DNA from: Octopus bimaculoides
Lineage: Eukaryota
Length of the DNA: 41,161 nucleotides
Direction: 5' to 3'
Assembly (NCBI RefSeq): GCF_001194135.2
Contig: NC_069008.1
Coordinates: 4,448,402-4,489,562 of the forward strand
The position numbers were made by a program, and so were the translations under genes. Of this stretch, positions 19,659 through 32,509 are shown piece by piece (position 1 is the first letter of the stretch; each line of letters begins with the position of its first letter). The notes under the pieces are model-generated. The model worked only from the letters and a program-made list of their open reading frames with translations. It ran no database searches and was not told the DNA's origin.

Positions 19659-21940
19659 AATTAAAAAAAAAATCTGTAAATAACTACGTACATGCTCGTA
19701 TGTATGCATAGATTTGTGCATTATATATGTGTGTATTTACAGACACGTGTGCATGTACATATATGTGTATCTAGGACTGAGTAATTTATATGTATTTGTG
19801 TGTCTATATGAGTGCAACTACATACTTAACCACTTTCCTCAATGGAGAAACAGTTCATGTTGAGGTTCTGACAATGTTATATACTGTCGCACTGGCACTC
19901 AATTCTGGGTACAAAGTTCATTAGCTGTAATAAAATTATGTGTTTAAGTGACTACTATTTTTATCATTCATTTATTAATATTACTCTCTGTACTTACGTT
20001 CTTTTTCATACATCAGTACAAAGTTGAGGATGAATTAATTCCAATAACCTCGTCTCACACACACACACATTTTTAAATGTTCCATAAAACAATTAGCATT
20101 TACAAAGAATCTTTCTTTCAAGGGTTATAACTGCTGCCTCTACAACTTTTCCCTGTTCTAATCTTATATATAAATGGCAATTTCTTTCTGTTTGCCTAAA
20201 CCAGCAAAGCAATATTCACAAAACTTTGCATACATGTTGCACTAACATCCAGTTCAATAATAGGCTAATTGGATTTCAATAAACAGGGAGCTGGGCGAAT
20301 TATATGATAAAATGAGAAGGGTGCAAAAAGCATTAGTCAGAGGGAAACCCAGTAGCAGAGTGAGGGTGAGTTATATCAGGGACGGTGAGAACAGCATTAT
20401 GTAAGTGACAAAGGGGTAATAATGTTAATACAGCTGTCATATACACGCAATGCTGCATACATACCTTCGTAAATACATAGATACAGCATACACACACAAA
20501 GGTGAGTATGAGGAATATGTAGCTTTAAGGAGAGAGGGGTTAGGTGGTTTTTCTTATGTCCATCGCAAAGAAACACTCACACACAGACACACATACATAT
20601 ACATACATACATGTCTACTATACACCATTTTAAACTTGTGATTACCTGTGTACGTTTGTAAATGTGTGTGTGTGAGTGTGTGTCATGTCCTACAACTGTT
20701 TGTCTCCCTCCTTTTGTAGGATCTTCTCTGTTGCTGTCACATATTGTGAGATTTTAAAATTACATCAAAATTTTCAAATTTGGTAATTTGAAATAATTTT
20801 CCACATTAAATCCGATTTTGCAATTTATTTGTTCCAGAAAAATGATACTGAGGTTTAAAGTTTAATCAATTTTACCTAATCAGAAAACAGGATTTGGAAG
20901 CTAGCATTTTCTACATGATTTTCACAAAATGAAAGCAAAATCATTAGGAGGAATTTTTATTAAACAAATGAAAGCAAAGCATTATGATGACCAAAGTTAT
21001 AAGGACTACTGAAGTTTTAATGAATAAAGTCATGTGAAACAGTTGAACAGACATGTAAATAATTTTAAAAGGAAAAAAATCCTTAAAGAAGATTTTTAGC
21101 GAAAAATTGCACAAATCTGTCCTGATCAAGAGGCCTAACTGTTGGGGAGGGCATGGTCTGACATGGAATAAACAAAAATTTATATAAGACATTCTATTGT
21201 AAAAACTGCCTGGCAATGATGGGCTATTCAGCTAGTATTTATATAAACTTTTTCCATGTACTAATATTTATATAAACTTTTATAGAAGACCAGATGTGTC
21301 TTTCCTTTGGGTTTTGCACTAATTTCAATTATATGATAGGTAAGGTGTCTGGAACTGTTGACTTATTCATTACTTGATGCAGATTTGGTGTATTGCTCGA
21401 CTAGCATGCTTTGTGCTATGAAGAAAACACTGTGTATAGGGGTGTATATAGTAGCACTATAATGTCATATAACATTGCGAAAATTGTTTATATTCACTCA
21501 ACATTCACAAGGGATCTTTCTGTGTGATTGTAGTAAATTACAACTTTGGTATGTCCTAACATAGATGTGTTTGTGATGTGTAAATAAAATTTGACAGAAC
21601 CTGAGGTTTAATAAGGGAGAAAGTGTTAAGGGAGAAGAGAAAGTGTTACGAAATCATGAAATAGTAATCCTGATACATCTGAACTGGGATAAGCTGTACT
21701 GAGATGTGTGTAGAGTATTTTAAAAAATAACTCAGTAAGGTTTGATGTTTAGGGACTTGTTACAGATATTGATAAATCTCTCATCTCCTGTAGGACATGC
21801 AATATTGGTATGTTGGTGCCACAGGAGTGGATGTTGGTGAATATTTCAAATACCAGTTGTTGATAGAACACAAACTCTCTTATTTTTCATTGATGAATAC
21901 ATTGATGCTAGTTGAGTTGCATATTGTGACACGTAGAGGG

Positions 21941-22100
21941 AGCAGAGCAATGTGGACCTTGTGTATGTAGGTAGTAAAGTAATGTGGACCTTGTGTGAGC
22001 AAGGAGTAGAGCAATGTAAACCTTGTATAAGGATAGAATAGAGAAATGTGGATTGTGTGTAAGGAGACAGTAGGGCAATGTGGACCATGTGTAAGGAGTA
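21941..22100. repeat. Minisatellite, 5 units of about 32 bp
   Basis: Consensus about AGTAGAGCAATGTGGACCTTGTGTAAGG with small indels. Confidence 0.85.
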
Positions 22101-22629
22101 ACTTAAAATAATTCATGCTGTGCAGAAGGAAGGTTTGGTGCTTTTCTTTGCAGAATTTATGCAGCCTTAGCAGTTTCAGGATCTCACTTCTTATCAGTTT
22201 TCATACTGTAGTAACAGTTTTTGGGAGTGTTATAGTCTCTTTTTTCTTTTAGCTTATATTACAAAAAATTGAGAGTGAATTGGTCTTTACAGTGATGAAA
22301 TCATCTCTTTTCACAGGTAAAGTTTCACCTGATTAAAATGATAAATTTATAAATAAAAATTAGATTTAAAGGAATTCATTTTTGATTTTGGCCCAAGACT
22401 ATACAATTCAATTAAATTCATGACTAGTTAGTGAAAACCATATTACTTGTAAGGGTATTTACAAAAAAACAAGACAAAACTTTATTCATTTTGAATAGTA
22501 TTTTCATAAATTTAAGTTGAATTCATGCTCATTCTATTACCCTAATTACAAAGTTACTATAGACTATTGTAAAGCACTGTAAATAAGTGCTGCAAACTAT
22601 TCTAAAATAAAAAAATATTTCAATATATA

Positions 22630-23428
22630 CCTGTGACAGCTGAGGACATGTGTAGGCTTGAAAGAAATGAAGCCAGTATGCTTCACTGGATGTGCAATGT
22701 CAGTGTGCATGTACAACAGAAAGTAAGCATCTTGAGAGAAAAGTTGTGCGCAAGAGGCATCAGATGTGGTATGCAAGAGAGATGACTGCACTAGTATGGT
22801 CATGTGATGCATATGGATGAGTACAGCTGAGTAAAGAAGTGCTGAACCCTAACTGTGGAGGGAACCTGTGGTTAAAGGTAGACCCAGGAAGATATGGGAC
22901 AAGGTGGTGAAGCATGATCTTTGAAGTGTGGGTCTCAAGGAGGCAATGGCTAGTGACCAAGACCTTTGGTGATATGCTGTGCTTGAGAAGACCCATCAAG
23001 CCTAGTGAAATCATAGTCATGGCCAATACTAGTATCACATAACTGGCACCTGTGCCAGTAGCATATAAAAAGCACCTTTTGAGTGTTGGGCCTCATGGAG
23101 ACAATAACAAATGACCGAGACCTTTGGCATTGAGAAGAAGGCCCATCAAGCAAAGTAAAATCACAGATACTGGTGTCACACAAATGGCACCTGTACCGGT
23201 GGCACATAAAAGCATCCATTACACTCTTGGAGTGGTTGGAGTTAGGAAGGCATGGTTTCTATGGCATCCNNNNNNNNNNTGGAGTGGTTGGAGTTAGGAA
23301 GGCATGGTTTCTATGGCATCCAGCCATAGAAACCATGCCAAATCAGACTGGAGTTTGGTGCAGCCTTCTAGCCCTGGTCAAATCATCCAACCCATCCCAC
23401 ACGGACAACGGACATTAAATGATGATGA
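22630..23428 (+). mobile_element. RTE LINE 3' end (ORF C-terminus, 3' UTR, (GAT)n tail)
   Basis: VTAEDMCRLERNEASMLHWMC..YGHVMHM..GRPRKIW; the UTR contains a partial tandem duplication; ends GGACATTAAATGATGATGA. Confidence 0.88.
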
Positions 23429-23892
23429 GCTTGATAATACTAAAACTCAAGGGATGTTTGTGTGTAACTGAAATATCTCAGAAATAGTATATTTTATCTT
23501 AATTTTTTTTTGTATATTTATTTATTTTCATACTTACTTTCGGCAGTGCAGTACAAATTTTTGTGACATTTGGACCTCTATTTAAATGATTAAACACAAT
23601 TTTTGCTATTTCTTGTCAAAAAAAAAAAAAAAAAAAAAAAAATATGGCTTCCATGACATCAACACACATACAGAATACACACACATATAATGAATGTCAT
23701 GATGTGTCAATCAACACAAACACACGTCCACTATCTGTGACATATACACACATAGTCTTCGTGCTAAGAAAAAAAACAAAAAAACGTCGACTTTGAGACG
23801 TACACAATATTTTAATCATTTAAAAGTATTTTTAACTGAATGTGATTTCATCATCCGGAGTTCATTAATTTCCATAAATTTTTTTTATTTAT

Positions 23893-24151
23893 TTACTTTT
23901 GTTTTAAAGTGAAAGAGAGGAGAAAGTGAAAGATGTATGTATGTGTATATGAAATGGACATGTGTGTGAAAGAGAGAGAGAGAGAGAGAGAAAGAGGAAG
24001 AGAGAGAGAGTGAGTGAAAGGGTGTGTTGTCATGTATATGTACGTACATCAATACATATGCGTACATCTTTTTTGTATGTATGTGTGCATGTGTGTGTAT
24101 GTGAGAGAGAGAGTGAGTGTGTTCTCATGTATGTGTAAGTGGTACACTCTT

Positions 24152-24188
<37 letters not shown>

Positions 24189-24233
24189 TAGTCCATATAT
24201 GCTCATACATCTTTCACTTTAAAACAAAAGTAA
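23893..24233. mobile_element. Foldback/MITE-like element with inverted microsatellite arms
   Basis: TTACTTTTGTTTTAAAGTGAAAGA...GATGTATG pairs with CATACATCTTTCACTTTAAAACAAAAGTAA; internal (GA)n versus (TC)n. Confidence 0.7.
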
Positions 24234-24340
24234 CAAGTGATTTTCAGGACAAAAATTGTTAAAAAAAAAGCTTCTACTCATGTAAATTTAATACTATTGT
24301 TTGGATAGTTCCAATGAAATAAGTCCAGAAGTTGGGTTAA

Positions 24341-24341
<1 letters not shown>

Positions 24342-24392
<51 letters not shown>
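24342..24392. repeat. (TA)n microsatellite
   Basis: Perfect dinucleotide tract. Confidence 0.95.
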
Positions 24393-24394
<2 letters not shown>

Positions 24395-24859
24395 AAAAGA
24401 AAGTTGTCAGAATTTTGGAAAAAACTTCTTTCATTTATTTTAAACTTTCATTTCCATATTAATGCTTTCGTTTGTCTTTCGAACTTGTCAAATATAATTC
24501 TGTGAAAATACAGAATCTTGCTTATTTATATAAAACATGTTTTTTGGGGATTTTGTTTATAAGAGAACATTGTTTTTTTTTTTTTTTGGGGTGAGGCTTT
24601 GGAAACAATGGAAGATGGATAAGCAGATAAACAGACAGATAGATAGATAGACAGATAGATTGATAATCAGACAGATAGAAAGATGGGTAGGGTAAAAGAG
24701 AGAGAGAAGGGCTATTTATCACTTTCATTGTATTGAAATGGTCTTTTTAAGGATTGTCAAAAATAAATAAACAAATAAATATAGTTAAAAACCTGTTTAC
24801 TACTTACACCATTATTTTGAGATGGTTTCTAGGGATGGTAAGAAAAGGAAGATTTTCAG

Positions 24860-27808
24860 CGCAGATCATAATTACCTTATTTTTTCATTTCGTTATTCTA
24901 TCTATTTCATTATCTATGTAAACACAGTTTTGTCTTCCACACTGTATGTTTAGAGGAAAGAAAAAAACTTAAGATCCCTTAGCTCGATCCAACTCACCCT
25001 CTTTCTCCCTCTCTTTCACACCCATTTATTATTGTCATTTATTCATTCATTTATATAATTTTGTCACAATTTGGCTGACCGAAAACTCTTGGCTCGAGTT
25101 AAGAATTCAGATGCTCAATTTTATCTCACACTGGCAGCCTGAGTTTTTGCTATTTTGCAGTGTGCACGCCCTTCCCACCCCACCATCTGTACTGGAAGTC
25201 TCTATCCTCTGACCTCTATCAGATGTCTCTCTCATGAACACCTCCAAAGGTTTCATGTTCCCCCATCCCTACTTAGGGTTTATCTCCTATGTAGTGTAGT
25301 GATTATGTAGCACATAGAGAATGATGGTATAGTGTATGCAGGCATGTTTATGAGTTCTGCCAAATGCGAGCTTTCTTTTCAGGTACATGATGCTGCTGTC
25401 CCCCATCCCAGGGTCTTGCGGGGCCCACACCTCCCACACCCTCAGGGTTGGCACACTGAAAGGTAGGTCTCGTGAGATTGTTGAGATGCTTGAACAGAGA
25501 AGTGCAGATTTGTGCTGCATCCATAAAGTAAGGTGGAGAGGAAGTTCTGCTAGGTTTCTCACAGGCAAAGAACATAGGTATAAGATTTTCTGGGCAGGAA
25601 ACACTGATGGGGTCAGGGGTGTGGGTATACTTCTTGCAGAGAAATGGGTTGATAAGGTAATCAAGGTAGTCAGAGTCTGTGATAGAATACTTAAGATTAG
25701 ATTAGTGCTGCAACATGGATTAGCAACCATTATCTCGGCCCATGCCCCTCAGCTGGGACTATCTAATGAACAGAAAGACTGAGTTTATGACACTCTCTTG
25801 CAGACTACCTTGTCGACAAATGACAGGGACCTTTTCTTTGTGGCTGGTGACTTCAATGGGCATGTTGGACAACATGCTGAGGGATTCCATGACGCACATG
25901 GAGGCTATGGTTTTGGTTCCTGCAATGAGGGGGGAACCAGGCTGCTGGAGATCATTCGCGATGCAAATGATCTTATGGTTTGTAATACTAACTTCAGGAA
26001 ACCTGCCAGTCACCTATTCACCTACCGATCTGGTAGTCAAACTGATTACATCCTCGCCAGGAAATGGGAAAGATGGCTACTTACAAATGCCAAAACCTTC
26101 CCATGTGAAGAACGCACCTCACAACATAGATTAGTAGTTAGCGTCTTCAGGATCAGGGCTAAATGGATGCCCAGAAGACGGGCAGCATGAAGAAGAAGGG
26201 TCTGGAAGCTTAAGGATCCTGCAAATGGACAGAGATTTAGAGATGTATTACTTGAAGCTTTTGACAAAATAGAAGGTGGGTATAGCATCACATGATGTGG
26301 AAGAAAACTGGAGGTTTCTACAGGACAACCTGTTGAGGGCTACTGACCAGATCTGTAAATGGTGCAAAGTCCCCTCTCGATACAAAGTAACGTGGTGGTA
26401 GAACAATGTAGTTGACAGGGCCATTAGGGAAAAGAAACAGGCATAGAAGGACTGGAAGAATGGTGGTAGCTGGGAATTGTATCAGATTGCCAGAAGGGAA
26501 ACTAGGAGACAGGTTTACTTAGCCAGAGGGGAAGCAGATAAGAAAAAATTTGCCAATGTTCTGTGTCATGAGGACCAAAGACTTGAAGGGTTTTGTATTG
26601 CAAGACAGTGTGTGAGAGAGAATCATGATGTCACAGATGAAAAATATGTCCGCATAGATGATGGCTCACTTGCATTTAATGAGGCTGCAAGGAGAGAGAC
26701 TTGGAGACATCACTATGAAAGGTTGCTAAATGAAGAGAATGAATGAGAGAAAGAGAGTCTGCCGAATGTCGACCCAACAGAGGGACCAGCTATCCGAATT
26801 GACAGTACCTTGACAAATAAAGTAATTAGGGGTATGAAGACAGGGAAAGCCCCCAGCCCATCAGGAAAAACCGCAGAGATGCTTGAAATATTTGGCTGTG
26901 TCAACTATAGTCTAGTCAACTGTATAGTCAATCAGGTGATACATGAAGGAGTCATACCCAATGACTGGTGTAACAGCACCATAGTCAGCTGCTACAAAGG
27001 TAAAGATGATGCCTTAGATACAAATAATTACAGAGGAATCAAATTGTTGGATCAGGTGATGAAAGTTGCAGAGAGAGTCATAGCCCAATTAATCAGGAAG
27101 AGAGTTAGTCTAGATGAGATGCAGTTTGGGTTTGTGCCAGGTAGAAGCACCACTGATGCTATATTTCTGGTAAGACAATTGCAGGAGAAATACCTAGCCA
27201 AAGATAAACCTCTGTACTTGGGTTTTGTTGATTTGGAGAAAGCTTTTGACAGAGTCCCCTGATCCCTTATCTGGTGGTCAGTGTGGAAACTAGGGATAAA
27301 TGAGTGGTTAGTGAGAGCTGTACAAACCATGTACAGGGACGCTGTCAGTAAGGTGAGGGTTGGCAACGAGTACAGTGAAGAATTTCAAGGATCAGTCCTC
27401 CAGGTAATAACAGAGAAATTCAAGACAGAATGCCCCTGGGAGCTTCTCTGTGCTGATGAACTTGCTCTAATAGCCGAGTCACTGTTAGAACTAGAAGATA
27501 AGTTTCAGGTTTGGAAGCAAGGTCTGGAATCGAAGGGCCTTAGAGTCAATCTAGCAAAAACCAAAGTCTTAATTAGTAGGAAGGCAGACAAACCATAAAT
27601 CCCTTCGGGTAGATGGCCCGGCTCGATCTGTAGAAAAGGCGTAGGTAGAAACTCCATATGATGTACCTGGTGTAAGCTATGGACACATAAGAGGTGCAGC
27701 AATATCAAAGGAAGGCTAACTGGGAAGATAGGTTTTTTGTGTGGCAAATGCTCAGGGGCAATAAACACTGAAAATGTGCAGAAAACAGCTTCTATCACAT
27801 TCCAGGGT
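24860..27808 (+). mobile_element. RTE-clade LINE with 5' end, APE endonuclease and RT; decayed, 3'-truncated
   Basis: APE motifs (DLCCIHKVRW, VAGDFNGHVG, QTDYIL, SQHRLVV); RT motifs (YRGIKLL, QFGFVPGRSTTDAIF, DLEKAFDRVP, ADELAL); Cys/His-rich C-x2-C..WTHKRC..C-x2-C insert; many stops and frameshifts. 5' limit is approximate, from homology with 39440. Confidence 0.95.
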
Positions 27809-27982
27809 ACAATATGCATCTGTTTGCTGAACAGAAGAGTTAGGACTCTCCAAGGCCACGCATTTCTCACTATATGTGGGCATGACTGGAGAATGTAGCA
27901 GTGTGCTAAAAATCACTCCTCCCCGTTTGTAGATCCACGGGGGGAGGAGTAGATGTCTCAGTATCAGTTGATTTCACTTTCT
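27803..27982. mobile_element. Half copy (arm plus spacer) of the 28207 MITE, opposite orientation
   Basis: Matches the reverse complement of about 28300-28491. Confidence 0.75.
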
Positions 27983-28206
27983 GTGCCAAATAGCACTTAA
28001 GGATCATCAGCTAGGATTACTACATAACCTATTTCAAAAATATATTTTACCATTTCGTCTGCATCTGTTCAGCTGAAGGTCTAGCGACTCCCAAACGAAC
28101 AATGATGAGGTAGTATAAATTCAAAATTCAAATAAGTTATCATTTTCTTTAAAAACATAATGATAAAGTGGCCAGCAAACATAACCAAAAAATAGGCAAA
28201 ATATAT

Positions 28207-28498
28207 ATTATTAAAAGTCAGGTTACAGTATGCACCTGTTTGCTAGAAAGAAGAGTTGAAACACTCCAAAGCCACATATCTCTCACTATATGTAAGCATG
28301 CATGGAGAAAGTGAAATCAGTTGATGCTGGGATGTCTGCTCTTCTCTTTGTGGTTTTGGAAATGGTGAGGACTGTTTTTTGAGTATAATTGCTATGTTCT
28401 CCATGCGTGTTTGCATGTAGTGGGAGATGCGTGGCTTTGGAGGGTTTTGGCTCTTTTTTTTTCTAGTAAACAGGTGCATATTATACCCTGACTTTTAA

Positions 28499-28502
<4 letters not shown>
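28207..28502. mobile_element. MITE with inverted arms of about 100 bp in TA-rich flanks
   Basis: 28207-28309 (ATTATTAAAAGTCAGG..TATGCACCTGTTT..CATGGAGAA) pairs with 28397-28502. Confidence 0.8.
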
Positions 28503-28531
<29 letters not shown>

Positions 28532-30748
28532 NNNNNNNNNNNNNNNNNNNNNNNNNNNNNNNNNNNNNNNNNNNNNNNNNNNNNNNNNNNNNNNNNNNNN
28601 NNNNNNNNNNNNNNNNNNNNNNNNNNNNNNNNNNNNNNNNNNNNNNNNNNNNNNNNNNNNNNNNNNNNNNNNNNNNNNNNNNNNNNNNNNNNNNNNNNNN
28701 NNNNNNNNNNNNNNNNNNNNNNNNNNNNNNNNNNNNNNNNNNNNNNNNNNNNNNNNNNNNNNNNNNNNNNNNNNNNNNNNNNNNNNNNNNNNNNNNNNNN
28801 NNNNNNNNNNNNNNNNNNNNNNNNNNNNNNNNNNNNNNNNNNNNNNNNNNNNNNNNNNNNNNNNNNNNNNNNNNNNNNNNNNNNNNNNNNNNNNNNNNNN
28901 NNNNNNNNNNNNNNNNNNNNNNNNNNNNNNNNNNNNNNNNNNNNNNNNNNNNNNNNNNNNNNNNNNNNNNNNNNNNNNNNNNNNNNNNNNNNNNNNNNNN
29001 NNNNNNNNNNNNNNNNNNNNNNNNNNNNNNNNNNNNNNNNNNNNNNNNNNNNNNNNNNNNNNNNNNNNNNNNNNNNNNNNNNNNNNNNNNNNNNNNNNNN
29101 NNNNNNNNNNNNNNNNNNNNNNNNNNNNNNNNNNNNNNNNNNNNNNNNNNNNNNNNNNNNNNNNNNNNNNNNNNNNNNNNNNNNNNNNNNNNNNNNNNNN
29201 NNNNNNNNNNNNNNNNNNNNNNNNNNNNNNNNNNNNNNNNNNNNNNNNNNNNNNNNNNNNNNNNNNNNNNNNNNNNNNNNNNNNNNNNNNNNNNNNNNNN
29301 NNNNNNNNNNNNNNNNNNNNNNNNNNNNNNNNNNNNNNNNNNNNNNNNNNNNNNNNNNNNNNNNNNNNNNNNNNNNNNNNNNNATTAAAATATTTAAAAA
29401 ACCTTAATATTTTCAAGAACGTTAATAGAAGCAGAATTCTCTCCCTTAAAAGAAAGTTCATTTACACATGCCATTTGCCGTAAATTGTTCCAATATTTTT
29501 TGCACGCAACACTTATTTTATAAGTATTTTATATAAATTATTTTGAGAGAGAATTGCGAATCTAAATGGAACATTTTATAAAAATTGATTTTTAACATTA
29601 GTAAAAAAAAAAAGCCACACAATCCATTTTATTCTATCTATGAAAAATTATCATGTCGAGTTTACATTTAGATTTAATTGAAAATTGTTTAATCATAAAC
29701 CACAGGTTTTACAAGTATTATTGTAATTAGCTAGCTCCCTCAGGAATGCATTTTAAAAAAAATTAGCAACCACACCTTACCTTTGGAACTACACCAATCC
29801 AGGTAGAATTTACAGTACTTATGCTGCAGGATGAACTGCTATTGGTCAAATGTCTGCAGAAAATATGTGGGCATTATTTCAAAGGTAGTCTTAGCGAAAT
29901 TTTATAAAGGGGTCAGCAATTAAACAAAACTGAAATATTTTATGACCCCAAATAGGAAGCCAATGTATGGGAGATAAAAGTAACAAGAACCAGATTTATA
30001 ATTTACAGAACATAAAATACAGGAGATTTAATCAAATATTAAAATACTCTAGAGTTAACAGAATGTGAGTAGTATATCATACAAGGGAAGAGTTTGACAG
30101 GAAACTTGTGATTCATGTGAGAAAAATACATAGAGTACTTCACAAGTGTGAAATATGGTAGTGAGACAAATGGAGTACTTCAGTTGATATACAGTGGTGA
30201 GAGGCAAGGAGAAAATGAGTTTAGTAGAAGTTTTGTACTTTGAGAAAAATGAAGGGAGATACGTAGGAAGATGGTTACGATTAGTTACTTAGCTATGTCA
30301 GGTTGGCCAGAGATAAATATATATCAATGACAAATGTGTAAGTCTTTTTGTGTACACATTATACACACACACACACACATGTGAACTCACTATATTTTAA
30401 ATAGTATTTCTTCTTAAAAAATATAGTATCTGCCTGTTACTTATTTTTCTTTTTGAAAAAAAAACAAAAACTTTTTTAAACCTTAAACTAACCCAGCATG
30501 CTATTGGCTCTTTTTAATACAATTGTAGAAACAGTCATAATCACTTTTAAAAAGTACATTACAAACTGTTTTAAGTTAAACTATATATTTTCAGTCTTTT
30601 ACTATGCTCAGTTTGATAACATATGTTGCAGTTATTTATATCGATATTTAAGGAAACAATAGTTTTAAAGTGACAGAAGTGAGTATAAAAATGTAAATAA
30701 GCAGTAAAGAAAACAATAACATGAAACCAATATAAATAGAATAATATA

Positions 30749-32509
30749 CAAGGGTTGGCTGAAATATCATAGGCAGACTAAGATATTCTCATGGAATGTG
30801 ACCACAAAGGGTTTATTTTTCAACATAATCCCCCTTGCAGTCTACACACTTTTATTATGTTGCAGTATTTGAATCCCATTGGTGAACAAGCTTTCATCCT
30901 GTTAGTAAAAAAAAAGTCATCAACAGTAGATATGACATCATCATCAGAAAGGCGATGCTGGGATAGCACCTGTGCCCAGTGTCGCCTTTCTGGCACTTGT
31001 GCCCGTGACATGTGTAAGGATTTTCGAGCGAGATCGTTGCCAGTGCCCCTGGACTGGCTCTTGTGCGGGTGGCACATAAAATACACCATTTTGAGCGTGG
31101 CCGTTGCCAGTACCACCTGACTGGCCTTCGTACCAGTGGCACGTAAAAGCACCCACTACACTCTCTGAGTGGTTGGCGTTAGGAAGGGCATCCAGCTGTA
31201 GAAACTCTGCCAAATCAGATTGGAGCCTGGTGTTGCCATCCGGTTTCACCAGTCCTCAGTCAAATCGTCCAACCCATGCTAGCATGGAAAGCGGACGTTA
31301 AACGATGATGATGATGATGATCACTGCAATATTGGTTCCTAGCCAAGTGTTTTTTCATGTTGGGGAACAGATGATAGTCAGATGGGGCCAAATCTGGAGA
31401 ATAGAGAGGGTGATCAACCAGTTCAAAGCAACAGTCATGTACAGAAGCCATTGAAATGAAGGACTTAAGTGCTAGAGTATTGCCCCGATGAAACAAGACC
31501 CCCTTCAACAGTTTTCCTAACCATTTGGTCTTGACAGTCTTTTATAACTACCTCAACAAGTTGGCATAGTACACTCCAATGATGGTGTGGCCCTTTTGTA
31601 GATAGTCAATGCCTATTGCATCCCCCAAAACTGAGGTCAGCACCTTCCCTTCAGACAAAACAACACTGGCCTTCTTTAGATGGATTGTACTCTCTGTCTC
31701 TGCCTCAAAGTGATGAACCCAATACTCATCCTGGGTCAGGAAATGTTCACGGAAACCAACTGGATTTACCGCAAATAATGTCAGATTTTCTTGAGCATGA
31801 TCATCGTGGTGTACATTTGATCATGTATCAGAAGACATGGCACCCACTGAGCAGAAGCCTTCATCATGCCAAATTCATTGTGCAGAATATTCTCAACTCT
31901 CTCACAGAATATGCTAATAGCATTGATTATTTGATCAATAATCAACCACCTGTCATCCATCACTACATGGTAAACACAATCAATGTTTACTTCGGTGGTA
32001 GCAGAAATGTTCATCATGCCAAGTGCATAATGCAGAATATTCTCAACTCTCTCACGGGATATGCTAATAGCATCAACTATTTGATTTATAGTCAATCGCT
32101 TGTCATCCATTACCATGATCAATGTTTTCTCCAGTAATGACAGCTGCAGGATTTACAGACCTTGGGACATCTTGAAATCTCTCACTTCCCCTCATAAATT
32201 CAGCTGCCCATTTTTGCACTTTTGATGAAGTTGGAATGTCATCCCCTAATGTAGCAACCATGTGAGTCCTTCAGAGCAAACCCTTTTTCTGCAGATACTT
32301 GATAACACCACGATGCCAAATTCTGATGATTTTCAAGAGAAGTTACTACTAGTTGCCTTTAAAGTCTTCTTTGAACAGTCAGATGTCAGTTTATCTGGAA
32401 AGAAACAATGCAGTTATTAATAAGGAGAGTTGAAATTAATGCATGCAAGATTTCATAGGCAAGCACCACTCTTTCATAGTCAGTCAGTGAAATTTTCAGC
32501 CCACTCTCA
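30749..32509 (-). mobile_element. Mariner (DD34D-type) element with nested retro-insertion and internal duplication
   Basis: Degenerate TIRs with TA flanks (30747-48, 32510-11); minus-strand transposase with QWVPCLL, HPLYSPDLAPSDYHLFPNMKK and SDDDVI. Confidence 0.85.
30947..31319 (+). mobile_element. RTE-family 3' UTR fragment with (GAT)n tail inserted in the mariner
   Basis: GAGTGGTTGGCGTTAGGAAGGGCATCCAGC...CCAACCCATGCTAGCATGGAAAGCGGACGTTAAACGATGATG; homologous to 23220-23428. Confidence 0.85.

Noticed and set aside
21941-22100. CRISPR-like periodic repeat
   Set aside because: Units are contiguous with no unique spacers, the context is eukaryotic and there are no cas genes; it is a minisatellite.
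23228-23321. 42-bp direct repeat around a 10-N gap
   Set aside because: Overlapping contig ends left unmerged; an assembly artefact.
31616-32137. 173-aa plus-strand ORF
   Set aside because: Antisense shadow of the mariner transposase.
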